Virus record (IMG/VR): IMGVR_UViG_3300045988_118131
From: a virus
Length of the DNA: 64,000 nt
Reading direction: 5' to 3' (one strand)
Positions 32,817-42,393 of the stretch are shown piece after piece. Numbering within the stretch: the stretch's first letter is position 1; each line of letters opens with the position of its first letter. A model generated the notes under the pieces. The model was not told where the DNA came from. It did no database searches and worked only from the letters and a program-made list of their open reading frames with translations. A program made the position numbers and the translations under genes.

Positions 32817-33090
32817 TCTCATCTTTCTAGAGCATAAGAAACTCAAGTCGGAGATATTAGAGCTGAATAAAAAGCTGTCTCTACAAAAACAGATAAATGA
32901 TAAGCTAGAAGAATCTCTTGTAGTACAGACTAATACTATAGAAAATTATAAATCTATGGAATCCATAAATAAGGATATGCTATACAGAAAAGACCAAGAG
33001 ATTAAAAAATATAAGCTATCTGCAAAAGGGTGGATGATAGGAGGAATTTCTGTCACTGTAGTAGGAGTGTTACTATTAATAGCAAAGTAA
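32686..33090 (+). CDS. signal peptide + coiled-coil + C-terminal TM protein (134 aa), overlaps the previous gene by 131 nt
   Basis: MKKILLILLISLSLPMLGFSQ; C-terminal GWMIGGISVTVVGVLLLIAK. Confidence 0.5.
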   Translation: MKKILLILLISLSLPMLGFSQNTFPKIVQDSMIVITPQQLKHTNLIFLEHKKLKSEILELNKKLSLQKQINDKLEESLVVQTNTIENYKSMESINKDMLYRKDQEIKKYKLSAKGWMIGGISVTVVGVLLLIAK

Positions 33091-33091
33091 A

Positions 33092-33349
33092 ATGACTGAA
33101 ATAGAAGAATGGGCAAAAAAGAACATGTTTATATCTATTTTTACTGTTATACATAACAATAGAATAGAGTGGTCTGCAGGAGTTAGGGTGGGAATGGATA
33201 ATAAAAACACCTGGTTACCATCTAAAGATGAAGGATGCCAGTTTAGTTCATTTTTAACTCCAGAATCTGCGTTAAGACATGCCGTTGAATTTTGTGAAAA
33301 TTATAAACCTAAAGTCACTAGGGTTGTAGTTAGCAAGAAGAAAAAATGA
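33092..33349 (+). CDS. hypothetical protein (85 aa)
   Basis: ATG ORF; ATGA overlap downstream. Confidence 0.6.
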   Translation: MTEIEEWAKKNMFISIFTVIHNNRIEWSAGVRVGMDNKNTWLPSKDEGCQFSSFLTPESALRHAVEFCENYKPKVTRVVVSKKKK

Positions 33350-33519
33350 ATTCAATAATTAAGGACAAAAAACAACAGGAAATTGAAGCTGAACATAAAA
33401 AATACTGGAAGTTTCCTGAAAGAAGCTGTCAAAAATGCAAGAAATACCCTTGTTTTATAGGACAAGAGAATGCTAAAGCTGATTTTGCCAAGTACGGGTG
33501 TGTAAAATTTGTAGAGTAA
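33346..33519 (+). CDS. small Cys-containing protein (57 aa)
   Basis: MNSIIKDKKQQEIEAEHKKYWKFPERSCQKCKKYPCF... Confidence 0.4.
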   Translation: MNSIIKDKKQQEIEAEHKKYWKFPERSCQKCKKYPCFIGQENAKADFAKYGCVKFVE

Positions 33520-33797
33520 TGGTAAGTATTTTGATTATTGTATCGCTCATAACTACTTTGGCATTTATATTCATGAATCACAAATTTGGATATAAAAAAT
33601 ATAGTTATGGTCGAGAGATTAAGATTAAAGTTAGAAATGCTTTTAAAATAGTTCTAATATTAGTATGCCTTATTCCCATAGTTAATCTAATAGTATCATT
33701 TATATATGTTTTATATAGTCTAGATTCATATAGATACTATATTGACTTGGAATTAGAAAATGAAAGTAATAAAATAATTAAATGGTTGTTTAGATAA
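33519..33797 (+). CDS. membrane protein (92 aa)
   Basis: ATG overlapping the preceding TAA; two TM segments. Confidence 0.5.
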   Translation: MVSILIIVSLITTLAFIFMNHKFGYKKYSYGREIKIKVRNAFKIVLILVCLIPIVNLIVSFIYVLYSLDSYRYYIDLELENESNKIIKWLFR

Positions 33798-34117
33798 TGG
33801 ATTATAACATTTATGCCGGACTCGGAGGTTCTTTTGGGGGAGCCCAATATGTCGGAACTATTAAAAATGCTACGGCTGAAGAAGCCTTAGAATATGCATA
33901 TGATATAGCAGTAGAGAAGTATGAAGATTATACTTTCTATGACGGAGTACATAGTTATAGTGAAGTAGAAGAAAAAATGTTAAAGGAAGATCCTGAGTGT
34001 TCTGCTGAAGATATAGACATTGCTTATGAAGAAGAGATGAAAAATTGGATCGACTATTATGCCGAACCTACAGAAGAAGATGATATAGAAGACTTTATGT
34101 TAGAATATCTTGATTAA
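33797..34117 (+). CDS. acidic hypothetical protein (106 aa)
   Basis: ATG ORF from track. Confidence 0.6.
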   Translation: MDYNIYAGLGGSFGGAQYVGTIKNATAEEALEYAYDIAVEKYEDYTFYDGVHSYSEVEEKMLKEDPECSAEDIDIAYEEEMKNWIDYYAEPTEEDDIEDFMLEYLD

Positions 34118-34437
34118 TGATAAAGATACTCCATTGCAAGTTACTAACATATCAAATAGACCCAGGAGACTATGTAATTTATGTCTTTAGGAACTTGGAT
34201 TCCTTAAGTACTTGCGATAAGTACATAATGTGTACTAAACATCCTAACTGGCAGTCGAAACCTGTTAAGATAGGACAAAAGGGGTATCTAAAAATTAAAG
34301 AGATAGAAGCTGGTAAGGATACATGGTACGACTGTGATTCCAAAGAATCTATTCCCTACAAATATGATGGGGTTCAGTTTTTTGAATTTATAGAGGAAAA
34401 GAAAGAAGAGTTACAACAAGAATGTATCATGGTTTAA
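34117..34437 (+). CDS. hypothetical protein (106 aa)
   Basis: ATG ORF from track. Confidence 0.6.
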   Translation: MIKILHCKLLTYQIDPGDYVIYVFRNLDSLSTCDKYIMCTKHPNWQSKPVKIGQKGYLKIKEIEAGKDTWYDCDSKESIPYKYDGVQFFEFIEEKKEELQQECIMV

Positions 34438-34506
34438 TTACTTACAATAGATGATTTAACTAATAACAGATAAGCTGATGATAAAAACGTAAGTGATTAA
34501 TTTTAT

Positions 34507-35367
34507 ATGAGTATTTTACAAGAAAGATTGAGTCAAGCAATTGCATCTAAGAAAAACGACATTAATTCTTTTATTTGGAAGGGAGAAAAAAGAGAAGTAG
34601 ACGGTAAATTTGTGCAGGATGAAAAACGATTAGTAGACTGTACTTTGGAAGAACTACAAAGAAATTACGATTATTGCAAGCAAATGCTTTACAATGAAAA
34701 CAAACAAAAACCTGGACGTTATGTTTTAATCTCTATTATTGACGACCAGATTCAAAGGTGTAATTGTGAACTATTTTTGAGATGGCTTAAAACTGAAAAC
34801 AATAAGGATAGATTCTCATTTGTATCAGAAATTAAAAGGGTACTTGATACCGCTGATAAGAATATATTGGAGAATTTGAATCAGATTCCAATCAAAGCAA
34901 TGGTGTCAGACCTACCCGATGAATATTCATCTCTACCTGTTAACTTGATTTTAGATGGTGGACTTGATAAATTGGGTAAGTTCAACAAGCAACATATTAC
35001 CTTAACTTTTATTTTGAAACAGGGAGTATGGTTTACTCCTGAGGAAATGAAGGATCTAACTATCAAGGATGAAGAAACTGGAGAAGTTAGAGATAGACTA
35101 GAAGTAGTTAAAGAGAATCTGGCTTTAGGGAATAATATTCCACTGAAGGTTACTCCAAAAGGTCTGACATATTCTCAGTTAAGAGCTATGACGACTTTAA
35201 AGAGTAAGAAATACTCAGAATTGACTACAGAGCAGTTAAAAACTTTAAGAAACAGAATTTTGTTTGCTCTTAGAGACGACTGTAAATTCCATATTAAGCA
35301 ATGGGAAACTAGAATGAAGCAGTTGGAGATGGTCGCTGAATCAAAAGGATTTATGTTAGAACCTTAA
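34507..35367 (+). CDS. hypothetical protein (286 aa)
   Basis: ATG ORF from track. Confidence 0.7.
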   Translation: MSILQERLSQAIASKKNDINSFIWKGEKREVDGKFVQDEKRLVDCTLEELQRNYDYCKQMLYNENKQKPGRYVLISIIDDQIQRCNCELFLRWLKTENNKDRFSFVSEIKRVLDTADKNILENLNQIPIKAMVSDLPDEYSSLPVNLILDGGLDKLGKFNKQHITLTFILKQGVWFTPEEMKDLTIKDEETGEVRDRLEVVKENLALGNNIPLKVTPKGLTYSQLRAMTTLKSKKYSELTTEQLKTLRNRILFALRDDCKFHIKQWETRMKQLEMVAESKGFMLEP

Positions 35368-35368
35368 T

Positions 35369-35482
35369 ATGAGCCAAACACTAATAATTAAGTTGTACGA
35401 ACTCTCAGAGTATCTATTAACCTTTCAAGAATTAATAGACCTCTATGGTCCAGCAGCATTATATTGTTTGATGTATGGATGA
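35369..35482 (+). CDS. small hypothetical protein (37 aa)
   Basis: ATG ORF MSQTLIIKLYELSEYLLTFQELIDLYG... Confidence 0.3.
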   Translation: MSQTLIIKLYELSEYLLTFQELIDLYGPAALYCLMYG

Positions 35483-36737
35483 GAAAACTAGTCGAGATAT
35501 AAGACAAGAAAAATGTGTAGAAAAATGGGTAAAAGCTAAATGCAAGGGCACATTAATTGCAGCTACAGGTTTCGGGAAAACAAGAGTTGCATTAATGTGC
35601 ATAAAAAAATTCTTAGACAAAAATCCTCAAGCCTCCATTATGGTTGTAGTTCCAACTCAGACTTTAAAAGATCAGTGGATAGGCTTATTGTTAACTAATG
35701 GGATTGCTTTTGTTAATGTAGAAATCATAAATACGGTAGTAAAGGATGACCATGTAAAGTTTCAATGTGATTTACTAGTAATTGATGAAATTCATACTTG
35801 TGGAGCTAATCAATTCTTCAAGGTTTTTGAACAAGTTAAGTATAAAATTATTTTGGGACTTACAGCTACTCTAGAAAGGTTGGATGGAAGACATATTTTG
35901 TTGGAAAAGAAAGCTCCAGTATTTGATGAAATTACTATAGAGGAATGTCTAAAGAACCAATGGGTATCTACCTATAAAAAGTATAAGGTTCTTTTAGATG
36001 TTGATCTTACAGAATATACCCAGGCTAATACCGAGTTTTACAACCATTTTGCATTTTTCAATTTTGACTTTGATAAAGCTATGAAGTGTTTGGGTCCAAC
36101 TGGATATTTGGGAAGAGAGTCTCTTCTAAAACAAATATGTTCCGATTCGTCTAAGTATAAAGACGTCAGAAAAGAGATTACTGCTCACGCGTTTGGGTTT
36201 ATGAAAACTCTACAAGCTAGAAAGTCTTTCATAGCTAACCATCCAAAGAAGATTGAAATAACTAATAAAATTCTAGAAAATCGTCTGAATAGTAAAGCCA
36301 TTACTTTTAGCCCAACCATTAAGATTGCTGAAAAAATCAAATATGGAGGAGTTTTACATTCTAAACAGACTAAAAAGAAACGTGACTTATCTATAGAAGA
36401 GTTCATAGGAATGACTAGCGGTTGTATCAATACTAGCAAGGCGTTAGATGTTGGAAATGATATACCTGGAGTAAACTTAGGAATAATATTAGGTATAGAT
36501 AGTAGTAAAACTAGACTAATTCAAAGAACTGGAAGAATTATTAGATATTCTCCTGGGAAGGAAGCTGAAATCTTTATACTGGTAATTAAGGGTACTGTAG
36601 AAGAAGAATGGCTAAGAAGATCATCTGGGGTTAGTAGTTATATAACAATAGACGAAGAAGGACTTGAGAAAGTATTAGCAAACCAGCCCTATACACCGAA
36701 AAAGGAAAAAGAGGTTGGGATGCTATTTAGGTTTTAA
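35475..36737 (+). CDS. superfamily 2 DNA helicase (DEAD/DEAH box, UvsW/ERCC3-like)
   Basis: Motif I ATGFGKT, II DEIH, III TAT, VI QRTGRIIR. Confidence 0.8.
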   Translation: MDEKTSRDIRQEKCVEKWVKAKCKGTLIAATGFGKTRVALMCIKKFLDKNPQASIMVVVPTQTLKDQWIGLLLTNGIAFVNVEIINTVVKDDHVKFQCDLLVIDEIHTCGANQFFKVFEQVKYKIILGLTATLERLDGRHILLEKKAPVFDEITIEECLKNQWVSTYKKYKVLLDVDLTEYTQANTEFYNHFAFFNFDFDKAMKCLGPTGYLGRESLLKQICSDSSKYKDVRKEITAHAFGFMKTLQARKSFIANHPKKIEITNKILENRLNSKAITFSPTIKIAEKIKYGGVLHSKQTKKKRDLSIEEFIGMTSGCINTSKALDVGNDIPGVNLGIILGIDSSKTRLIQRTGRIIRYSPGKEAEIFILVIKGTVEEEWLRRSSGVSSYITIDEEGLEKVLANQPYTPKKEKEVGMLFRF

Positions 36738-36771
36738 CATTTTTTACATTTTTTAATTAGAAAATTTTTAT

Positions 36772-36779
36772 TAATTTTG
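36772..36779 (+). promoter_or_regulatory. -7 box TAatTTTG in AAAATTTTTATTAATTTTGTA
   Basis: Same extended sequence as at 52121-52142; no clear -33 TTTG. Confidence 0.4.
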
Positions 36780-36784
36780 TACTC

Positions 36785-37012
36785 GTGATTATACAAAATG
36801 ATTGTATAGAAAATATTGTTAACTTTACTGTCGGAGAATGGTACTTAGAATTATGGCTTGTAGATGATCCAGAAACAGAGGAATTTATGTGGAATGTAGA
36901 TACTACAGTTGATGGGTATCATAGTATAAATTTTGAGAGTCATTCTATGATAGAGGTTTTGAACAATGCAATAGAATTTTGTAAGCACAAAAAATGGACT
37001 GAGATATGGTAG
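36785..37012 (+). CDS. hypothetical protein (75 aa), non-ATG (GTG) start in track
   Basis: Track ORF; start codon uncertain. Confidence 0.45.
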   Translation: MIIQNDCIENIVNFTVGEWYLELWLVDDPETEEFMWNVDTTVDGYHSINFESHSMIEVLNNAIEFCKHKKWTEIW

Positions 37013-37176
37013 AAGTAATTTTTTATCACAGAGATAAAACATCTCTTGACAATGTTGCTGTAGATAAGTTCTTAGAGCTATTAGATAACCATCGTTTAGG
37101 AGTCATAAATATAACAAAAGCAAGAATTGGCAATAAGGACTTAAACATAGAAAAATTAATAGAAGTATTAAAATAA
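37006..37176 (+). CDS. small hypothetical protein (56 aa)
   Basis: ATG ORF MVEVIFYHRDKTSLDNVAVDKFLELL... Confidence 0.4.
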   Translation: MVEVIFYHRDKTSLDNVAVDKFLELLDNHRLGVINITKARIGNKDLNIEKLIEVLK

Positions 37177-37182
37177 GAGAAT

Positions 37183-37341
37183 ATGACTACTGAAGAACTA
37201 TTAGAGCTCGACATTTTGCTTAGCCTTGCAACAGGAAGGTGGATAGCCTCTAAAGAGGATTATGATGTTCGAGCTATTTCTAAAAAAGCTAACGATTTAT
37301 TAGAAAAATTTTTACAACCGTACAAGGTTAAACCAAGTTGA
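37183..37341 (+). CDS. small hypothetical protein (52 aa)
   Basis: ATG ORF MTTEELLELDILLSLATGRW... Confidence 0.4.
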   Translation: MTTEELLELDILLSLATGRWIASKEDYDVRAISKKANDLLEKFLQPYKVKPS

Positions 37342-37418
37342 TGATTCCACTACGAAAGTAGACTAAAACATTATACAATTAATAGATTGACAAGTTGATA
37401 ACTTATTGATTCTATTAA

Positions 37419-38024
37419 TTGACTGATATTGAGAATGAATTGCTGATGTTGGAACGATATAATCTAACTCCTGAAGAGTGGTTAGTTACTAGACTTCTAA
37501 TATTGGCTAGCGTTGATGAAGGACATAAACAGTATTTTATTCGGTACTTGAACATTCCTCGAAAGAATACTTTGAGAGATGTATTAGTTAGCCTACAAGA
37601 TAAATCTATTATTTTAAAGTCTTACAAAATTCCAAATCCTGGAGAAAGATTTAATCCAGAAGATGTTGATTTAAATAAGAACTTTCTTAAAACTTTTTAT
37701 AAATGTTCCGGCATTTTAGGACAGGAACTATTTAATAATTATCCATATTGTATCGAAAGTGGAGGAAGAACTTATGTATTAAACAACATTACCAAAGGAT
37801 ATAAGGATATGGAGGAACTATATTATGATTATGGAAGAATTATTAAATTTAACCCAGACACTCATAAAGAGGTTATGGAGTTACTAAAATTTGGCAAGGA
37901 ACATAATCTTATATCTTATGGTATTTGTGAATTTATTAAATCTTATAAATGGTTAAATATAAAGAAAATGAAAGAAGATGGATCGTATGTAGGAAAAACT
38001 TTTGATAATATTACTGCTCTATAA
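37419..38024 (+). CDS. hypothetical protein upstream of helicase (possible replication organiser/loader)
   Basis: Track ORF with TTG start (first ATG is codon 10); the role is inferred from position only. Confidence 0.45.
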   Translation: MTDIENELLMLERYNLTPEEWLVTRLLILASVDEGHKQYFIRYLNIPRKNTLRDVLVSLQDKSIILKSYKIPNPGERFNPEDVDLNKNFLKTFYKCSGILGQELFNNYPYCIESGGRTYVLNNITKGYKDMEELYYDYGRIIKFNPDTHKEVMELLKFGKEHNLISYGICEFIKSYKWLNIKKMKEDGSYVGKTFDNITAL

Positions 38025-39136
38025 TGGTTCTGGATAATTTATTATCTCAAATAGATAAGGGACGAGAGGGAAAGAACTGGGGCTTGTCTATGGGATTACC
38101 CAAATTGGAACAGTATGTAGATGGAGTATCACAAGGTACTTATACTCTTCTATTTTCTGGATCTGGTGTTGGTAAAACCTCATTGGCATTATATGCTTAT
38201 ATTTATAGACCAATTATGGATAATTTGAATGATCCAGATCATTTTCATATTTTCTATATTAGTTTAGAAATGAAGGCTGAGGTTCTTTTAGCTAAATTAC
38301 TCTCTACTTATATATTTGAAACATATAACAGAGAAATTTCCTATAAAGAGATGCTTTCCAAGACTAGAAACACTATATTATCCGACGAGGATTATGAACT
38401 TATAAAAAAGTCTATTCCTTGGATGGAGAAAGTTATGTCTATGTTAACTATATGGGACAAATCTCTTAACTCAGTTAGCTTTTTCAAACTGATGAAAGAT
38501 TTGGCTGATAAAAATGGGAAATTTTATGAGGAGCAAAATAGAAAATTCTATACTCCTGACAATCCAGATAAAGTTGTGTTAGTAGTAATAGACCATTTAG
38601 CGTTATCGCAACCCCAAACAGGAAATAGTCTTAAGAACGAAATGGATGCTATATCTAAGGTAGCTGTACAGTTTAGAAATAGATGTAACTTTAGTTTTTT
38701 AATGATTATGCAAGCTAATAGAGAAGCAGCAAATGTTGAAAGAAGAAAGTTAGAACTGGTAGAGCCTCAACGTCAAGACGTAAAAGACTCAAGTTGTATG
38801 GAAGCTGATAGTGATATTATGATAGCTGTATTTAACCCGTTTCGAGAAAAACTTACCTCTTATAGAGGTTACAATATAAAAGCCTTAAAAGCTAAATTTA
38901 GAAGTATTATTTTACTAAAGAATAGATACGGAGATGGAGATATTTCTATAGGCTGTAACTTCTTTGGAAAATGTAATCTATGGAAAGAACTTCCTAAAGC
39001 TGACCAAATCCAAGACTACGAAAAATTTACTGATATAAATACATATAAACAAACTAAAGATGAGGAGGAAATAGAAGATGTAAAAGAATTTAAATCAGAT
39101 ATGCCGTCAATAAAAAATATTGAAATTATATTATAA
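38024..39136 (+). CDS. DnaB-like replicative helicase (RecA-fold C-terminal domain)
   Basis: Walker A GSGVGKTS, Walker B VVIDHL, QANRE-type motif. Confidence 0.7.
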   Translation: MVLDNLLSQIDKGREGKNWGLSMGLPKLEQYVDGVSQGTYTLLFSGSGVGKTSLALYAYIYRPIMDNLNDPDHFHIFYISLEMKAEVLLAKLLSTYIFETYNREISYKEMLSKTRNTILSDEDYELIKKSIPWMEKVMSMLTIWDKSLNSVSFFKLMKDLADKNGKFYEEQNRKFYTPDNPDKVVLVVIDHLALSQPQTGNSLKNEMDAISKVAVQFRNRCNFSFLMIMQANREAANVERRKLELVEPQRQDVKDSSCMEADSDIMIAVFNPFREKLTSYRGYNIKALKAKFRSIILLKNRYGDGDISIGCNFFGKCNLWKELPKADQIQDYEKFTDINTYKQTKDEEEIEDVKEFKSDMPSIKNIEIIL

Positions 39137-39411
39137 TGGCAGAATTAATAGGAATAGCAGGAAATTCAGGTTCAGGAAAAACAACTTCAGTAAAGGATTT
39201 AAATCCAAAAGAAACTTTTATAATTAGTGTATTGGGTAAACCTCTTCCTTTTAGAGGATTTAAGAAAAACTATCCTCCTCTAAAAATTGTTGACAAAAGC
39301 TATGTTGGTAATTTTTTCACTTCCAACAAAGTAGACAATATCATTAAAATCTTTGGAATTATTAATAAGTCTCGTCCAGAGATTAAACAAATTGTTATAG
39401 ACGATAAATAA
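39136..39411 (+). CDS. Sak4/AAA_24-like ATPase, N-terminal part (Walker A and B)
   Basis: GNSGSGKTT; ends ..QIVIDDK* right after Walker B. Confidence 0.6.
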   Translation: MAELIGIAGNSGSGKTTSVKDLNPKETFIISVLGKPLPFRGFKKNYPPLKIVDKSYVGNFFTSNKVDNIIKIFGIINKSRPEIKQIVIDDK

Positions 39412-39436
39412 AATTTTTCATTAAGTCACAAAATAT

Positions 39437-39467
39437 TTTGTAGAGTAATTATTTTTTAGTAATTTTG
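39437..39467 (+). promoter_or_regulatory. Bacteroidota-type promoter TTTG-N19-TAatTTTG for the endonuclease
   Basis: TTTG 39437-39440; TAatTTTG 39460-39467. Confidence 0.6.
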
Positions 39468-39490
39468 TATCAAATTTAAAATGATACATT

Positions 39491-40393
39491 ATGAATAGAA
39501 TTAATTATGACCAAGAAAAAATTATAGAGCTTTATAATAAGGGCTATACAGATAGACAAATTGCAGAAACTTTAAACTATCCAGTTAATAATTTTGCTTC
39601 TTATAGGAGGAAAAATTTAAAGCTTCCTCCTAATAAACCAAGGGAAACAGATATATTAACAGCTGACGAATTAGCTGTATTAATAGGAACTCTTTTAGGA
39701 GATTCGTGTGTGCAGTATGTACATTCTAAATGTAAATATCCTTCACTGTCATTTACTCATTGCATTAAACAAAAAGAATACTTTTTAGTAAAATGCAAAA
39801 AACTAGAAAAATTAATTTCATCATATAAAGAGTATAATTACGGAGAAAGAGCTACCTCTAAAGATAAGACGTTTCTCCATTGTACTGGTAAGAATATGAA
39901 ATGCTTAGTGGATATTAGAAATGTCTTTTATCCTGATGGTATAAAAATTATACCAATAGAATTTCTAGAGAAACACATGACTAAAGAAAGTATTTACTAC
40001 TTAATGATGGATGATGGTAGTTATGATATACATACGAATAGCTACATATTAAATACACAATGTTTTACTAGAGAGAACTTAGAAAACTTTACTGAGTTTT
40101 TAAAAGTTAAGTTTGGTCTAGACTTTTCTGTAAAAAGTGATAATAGTCTTTATTTAAAACACTCATCTAATGAAAAGATGGTTGAAATACTACAAAAATA
40201 TAACATTTGTGATTCCATGAATTATAAGTGTTGTCTCAAAACTCCGTTAAACGGGGAAGTTCCAGATAATCTGGGTAATCCCGTGCTAAACCCTCAAGAA
40301 ATTGAGGAAAATGCCGAACGACTAGAAGTGATGCCTAACACAAAAGGTGAGGCTATAAAATCTTCCACGAAAGCGGGGCACTACTTAAAGTAG
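39491..40393 (+). CDS. LAGLIDADG homing endonuclease with N-terminal HTH
   Basis: Two LAGLIDADG motifs (LIGTLLGDSC and YYLMMDDGSY); N-terminal GYTDRQIAETLNY HTH. Confidence 0.8.
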   Translation: MNRINYDQEKIIELYNKGYTDRQIAETLNYPVNNFASYRRKNLKLPPNKPRETDILTADELAVLIGTLLGDSCVQYVHSKCKYPSLSFTHCIKQKEYFLVKCKKLEKLISSYKEYNYGERATSKDKTFLHCTGKNMKCLVDIRNVFYPDGIKIIPIEFLEKHMTKESIYYLMMDDGSYDIHTNSYILNTQCFTRENLENFTEFLKVKFGLDFSVKSDNSLYLKHSSNEKMVEILQKYNICDSMNYKCCLKTPLNGEVPDNLGNPVLNPQEIEENAERLEVMPNTKGEAIKSSTKAGHYLK

Positions 40394-40485
40394 AATTTGT
40401 GAAAATACGAAATAAGCTAAAGAGATAGTCTGATCTATATAGTAATATATAGAACTATAGGATAAAGAGCCTATAGGGTAACATA

Positions 40486-40968
40486 ATGGCTAATTATCTA
40501 ATGTCTTGTGAGACTATGGATAGAGCGGAGGAAAAGGGATACGAAAAGTTTACCCAGATAGCTAAGCACTATTATGATATGTTGAAAACAGCCTTGAATT
40601 TGAGAGATGATTTAAAGGTTATTGTTATCTCCCACATTGAAAATGCAGGAGATACTATGAATCCTCAATACAAACTCAAAACTACTGGAAAAATGTTGGA
40701 TAACACTATCAATGTTGATGGTTTATTTACTTATTTGCTGTACACTGAGTTAGTAGAGAGTGAGAATGGGGATATAGAACATGTATTTAGAACCAACACT
40801 ATTAAAGGTGAAGATACTTGTAAAACTCCACTGGGTTGTTTTAAAGAATTGTACATTCCTAATAATCTTCAACTAGTAGTCGAGACTATTGATCGCTATA
40901 ATAATGGCGATGAAGAGACGGAAGATGATACTGAAAACAAAACATCAAATACTGTTAATAACGAGTAA
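40486..40968 (+). CDS. Sak4/AAA_24-like ATPase, C-terminal part
   Basis: Resumes ..ANYLMS.. as expected after Walker B in AAA_24 proteins; acidic tail. Confidence 0.55.
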   Translation: MANYLMSCETMDRAEEKGYEKFTQIAKHYYDMLKTALNLRDDLKVIVISHIENAGDTMNPQYKLKTTGKMLDNTINVDGLFTYLLYTELVESENGDIEHVFRTNTIKGEDTCKTPLGCFKELYIPNNLQLVVETIDRYNNGDEETEDDTENKTSNTVNNE

Positions 40969-41552
40969 TGGGAAAAATTAAAGTTAAAATGGAGTTGGAA
41001 TTCTGGTATGATCCAGAAACCAACACTTATGAACCAATTTCTAACAAAGTGATTGAAGATAACTCTAAGTCAAAACCATCTAAAAGCAAAGTCAAGGATG
41101 ATGGTAGCACCTGTCCAATAATTACTTTGGAGGACAATAAATATACACTAAACAGCCGAGCTGTAGAGGTTCTTGGAGTAAAACATGAAGACAGACTAAC
41201 AATTCAGTATCACAAAGTAAGTGGAAAACTTGTTCCAGTCATTGCTAAGGATGAAGTTCTTGGAGTAAAGGGAGGAAACAAGTTGACTAAAAGTAATACT
41301 GTTGCCTGCCGAGGAAAGGCTAATGAGAAGTTATCTGAATATGGTTCAGAATTTGAGTTAGTAGAAAAGGGCGAAGGCATTTATATAATGAAAGGCGATA
41401 AAGAGCCTACCCCATATAAGGAAGTCGATAAGAACATTGAAATCAGTGAATCGGAAGATGACAATGATCTAGAAGATCTAGATTCTGTAGATTTAACTGC
41501 AGACTTAGATTCCGAAGACGCTGTGGAAATCACGTTCAATGACATTCTTTAA
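40968..41552 (+). CDS. hypothetical protein with acidic C-terminus (194 aa)
   Basis: ATG ORF from track. Confidence 0.65.
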   Translation: MGKIKVKMELEFWYDPETNTYEPISNKVIEDNSKSKPSKSKVKDDGSTCPIITLEDNKYTLNSRAVEVLGVKHEDRLTIQYHKVSGKLVPVIAKDEVLGVKGGNKLTKSNTVACRGKANEKLSEYGSEFELVEKGEGIYIMKGDKEPTPYKEVDKNIEISESEDDNDLEDLDSVDLTADLDSEDAVEITFNDIL

Positions 41553-41611
41553 ATGGTCAAGAGATAAATTTATATTTTTAGATAATTACAATAGAAATAG
41601 ATGCTTAAAAA

Positions 41612-42349
41612 ATGAAAGTATTAAAAATATTTGTAATTATGAGTATGAATTTGAACATTGGTTTTAACAAAGACGAGAAGTTTGTATCTAACAGTTTACC
41701 TTTATTGAAGGCTTGGGGAATTTATGAAGTGCAGTTTGATGGTTGTGAATACACAACTTTTGCAGGTAAAAAGGATCCAAATGCCAATTATGAAGTTTTG
41801 AAGTTCAAATTTAAAGGAGAAGCTGGCCAGTATGTTGAAACCTTGTTTGCACCGAAACCGGGGGATGAAGAAAGAAAGACTAGAACTAATGCCAATGGTC
41901 ACGAAGTTCCGACTCCCTCTAATATAGACAATTTTAAATATGAACTTGGTCAATTGTTGACCTATATTAGCCCAGAAGCTCTAACTAAGCTGGCGGGAAA
42001 ATCAGTATCGTTCTCTGATATTGCTAAATTTGTAGTTAAACAAACTGAAGCTTCTATCGGTAAGACGGTGTATATCAAGTTGATAGGTAATAAGAGCAAC
42101 AAACCAAGATTTCCTTATTTCTTGAGTTTCTTTGAAGGGCAGAGCGAGCCAGTGATTACTAATAACTTCATTAGTGATAATATTAATAAGTTAGGATTCA
42201 CAGAGTATGAACTGTCTCAGAAGGAGAAAATTGAGAATGCAAAACCTACTAATATGGCGAGTGTGTCCGGAGGTAGTTCTGAAAGTATCGACAACCCAGA
42301 TACCCCTGACGAAACTGCATCCTCTGATTTAGATTTGGATTTGCTTTAA
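41612..42349 (+). CDS. putative ssDNA-binding protein
   Basis: Position in the replication module; acidic tail ending SSDLDLDLL as in phage SSBs; no direct motif. Confidence 0.4.
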   Translation: MKVLKIFVIMSMNLNIGFNKDEKFVSNSLPLLKAWGIYEVQFDGCEYTTFAGKKDPNANYEVLKFKFKGEAGQYVETLFAPKPGDEERKTRTNANGHEVPTPSNIDNFKYELGQLLTYISPEALTKLAGKSVSFSDIAKFVVKQTEASIGKTVYIKLIGNKSNKPRFPYFLSFFEGQSEPVITNNFISDNINKLGFTEYELSQKEKIENAKPTNMASVSGGSSESIDNPDTPDETASSDLDLDLL

Positions 42350-42371
42350 TCAAAAATTCTTAGTATATTTG
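42340..42371 (+). promoter_or_regulatory. Bacteroidota-type promoter TTTG-N20-TAtaTTTG
   Basis: TTTG 42340-42343; TAtaTTTG 42364-42371; upstream of primase. Confidence 0.6.
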
Positions 42372-42393
42372 TAGTCTAAATTTAGATGCTAGT

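Larger units (their letters stand above)
39412..40485 (+). mobile_element. LAGLIDADG homing-endonuclease cassette splitting the ATPase gene (free-standing HEG or intron)
   Basis: Lies exactly between the two halves of one ATPase; carries its own TTTG-N19-TAatTTTG promoter and two 3' hairpins. Confidence 0.6.

Noticed and set aside
39406-40488. Confident annotation as a group I intron
   Set aside because: The junction nucleotides and frame are compatible. But the non-ORF flanks are AT-rich, contain a promoter, and show no recognisable P3-P7 core or internal guide pairing by eye. It is kept as one of two hypotheses only.
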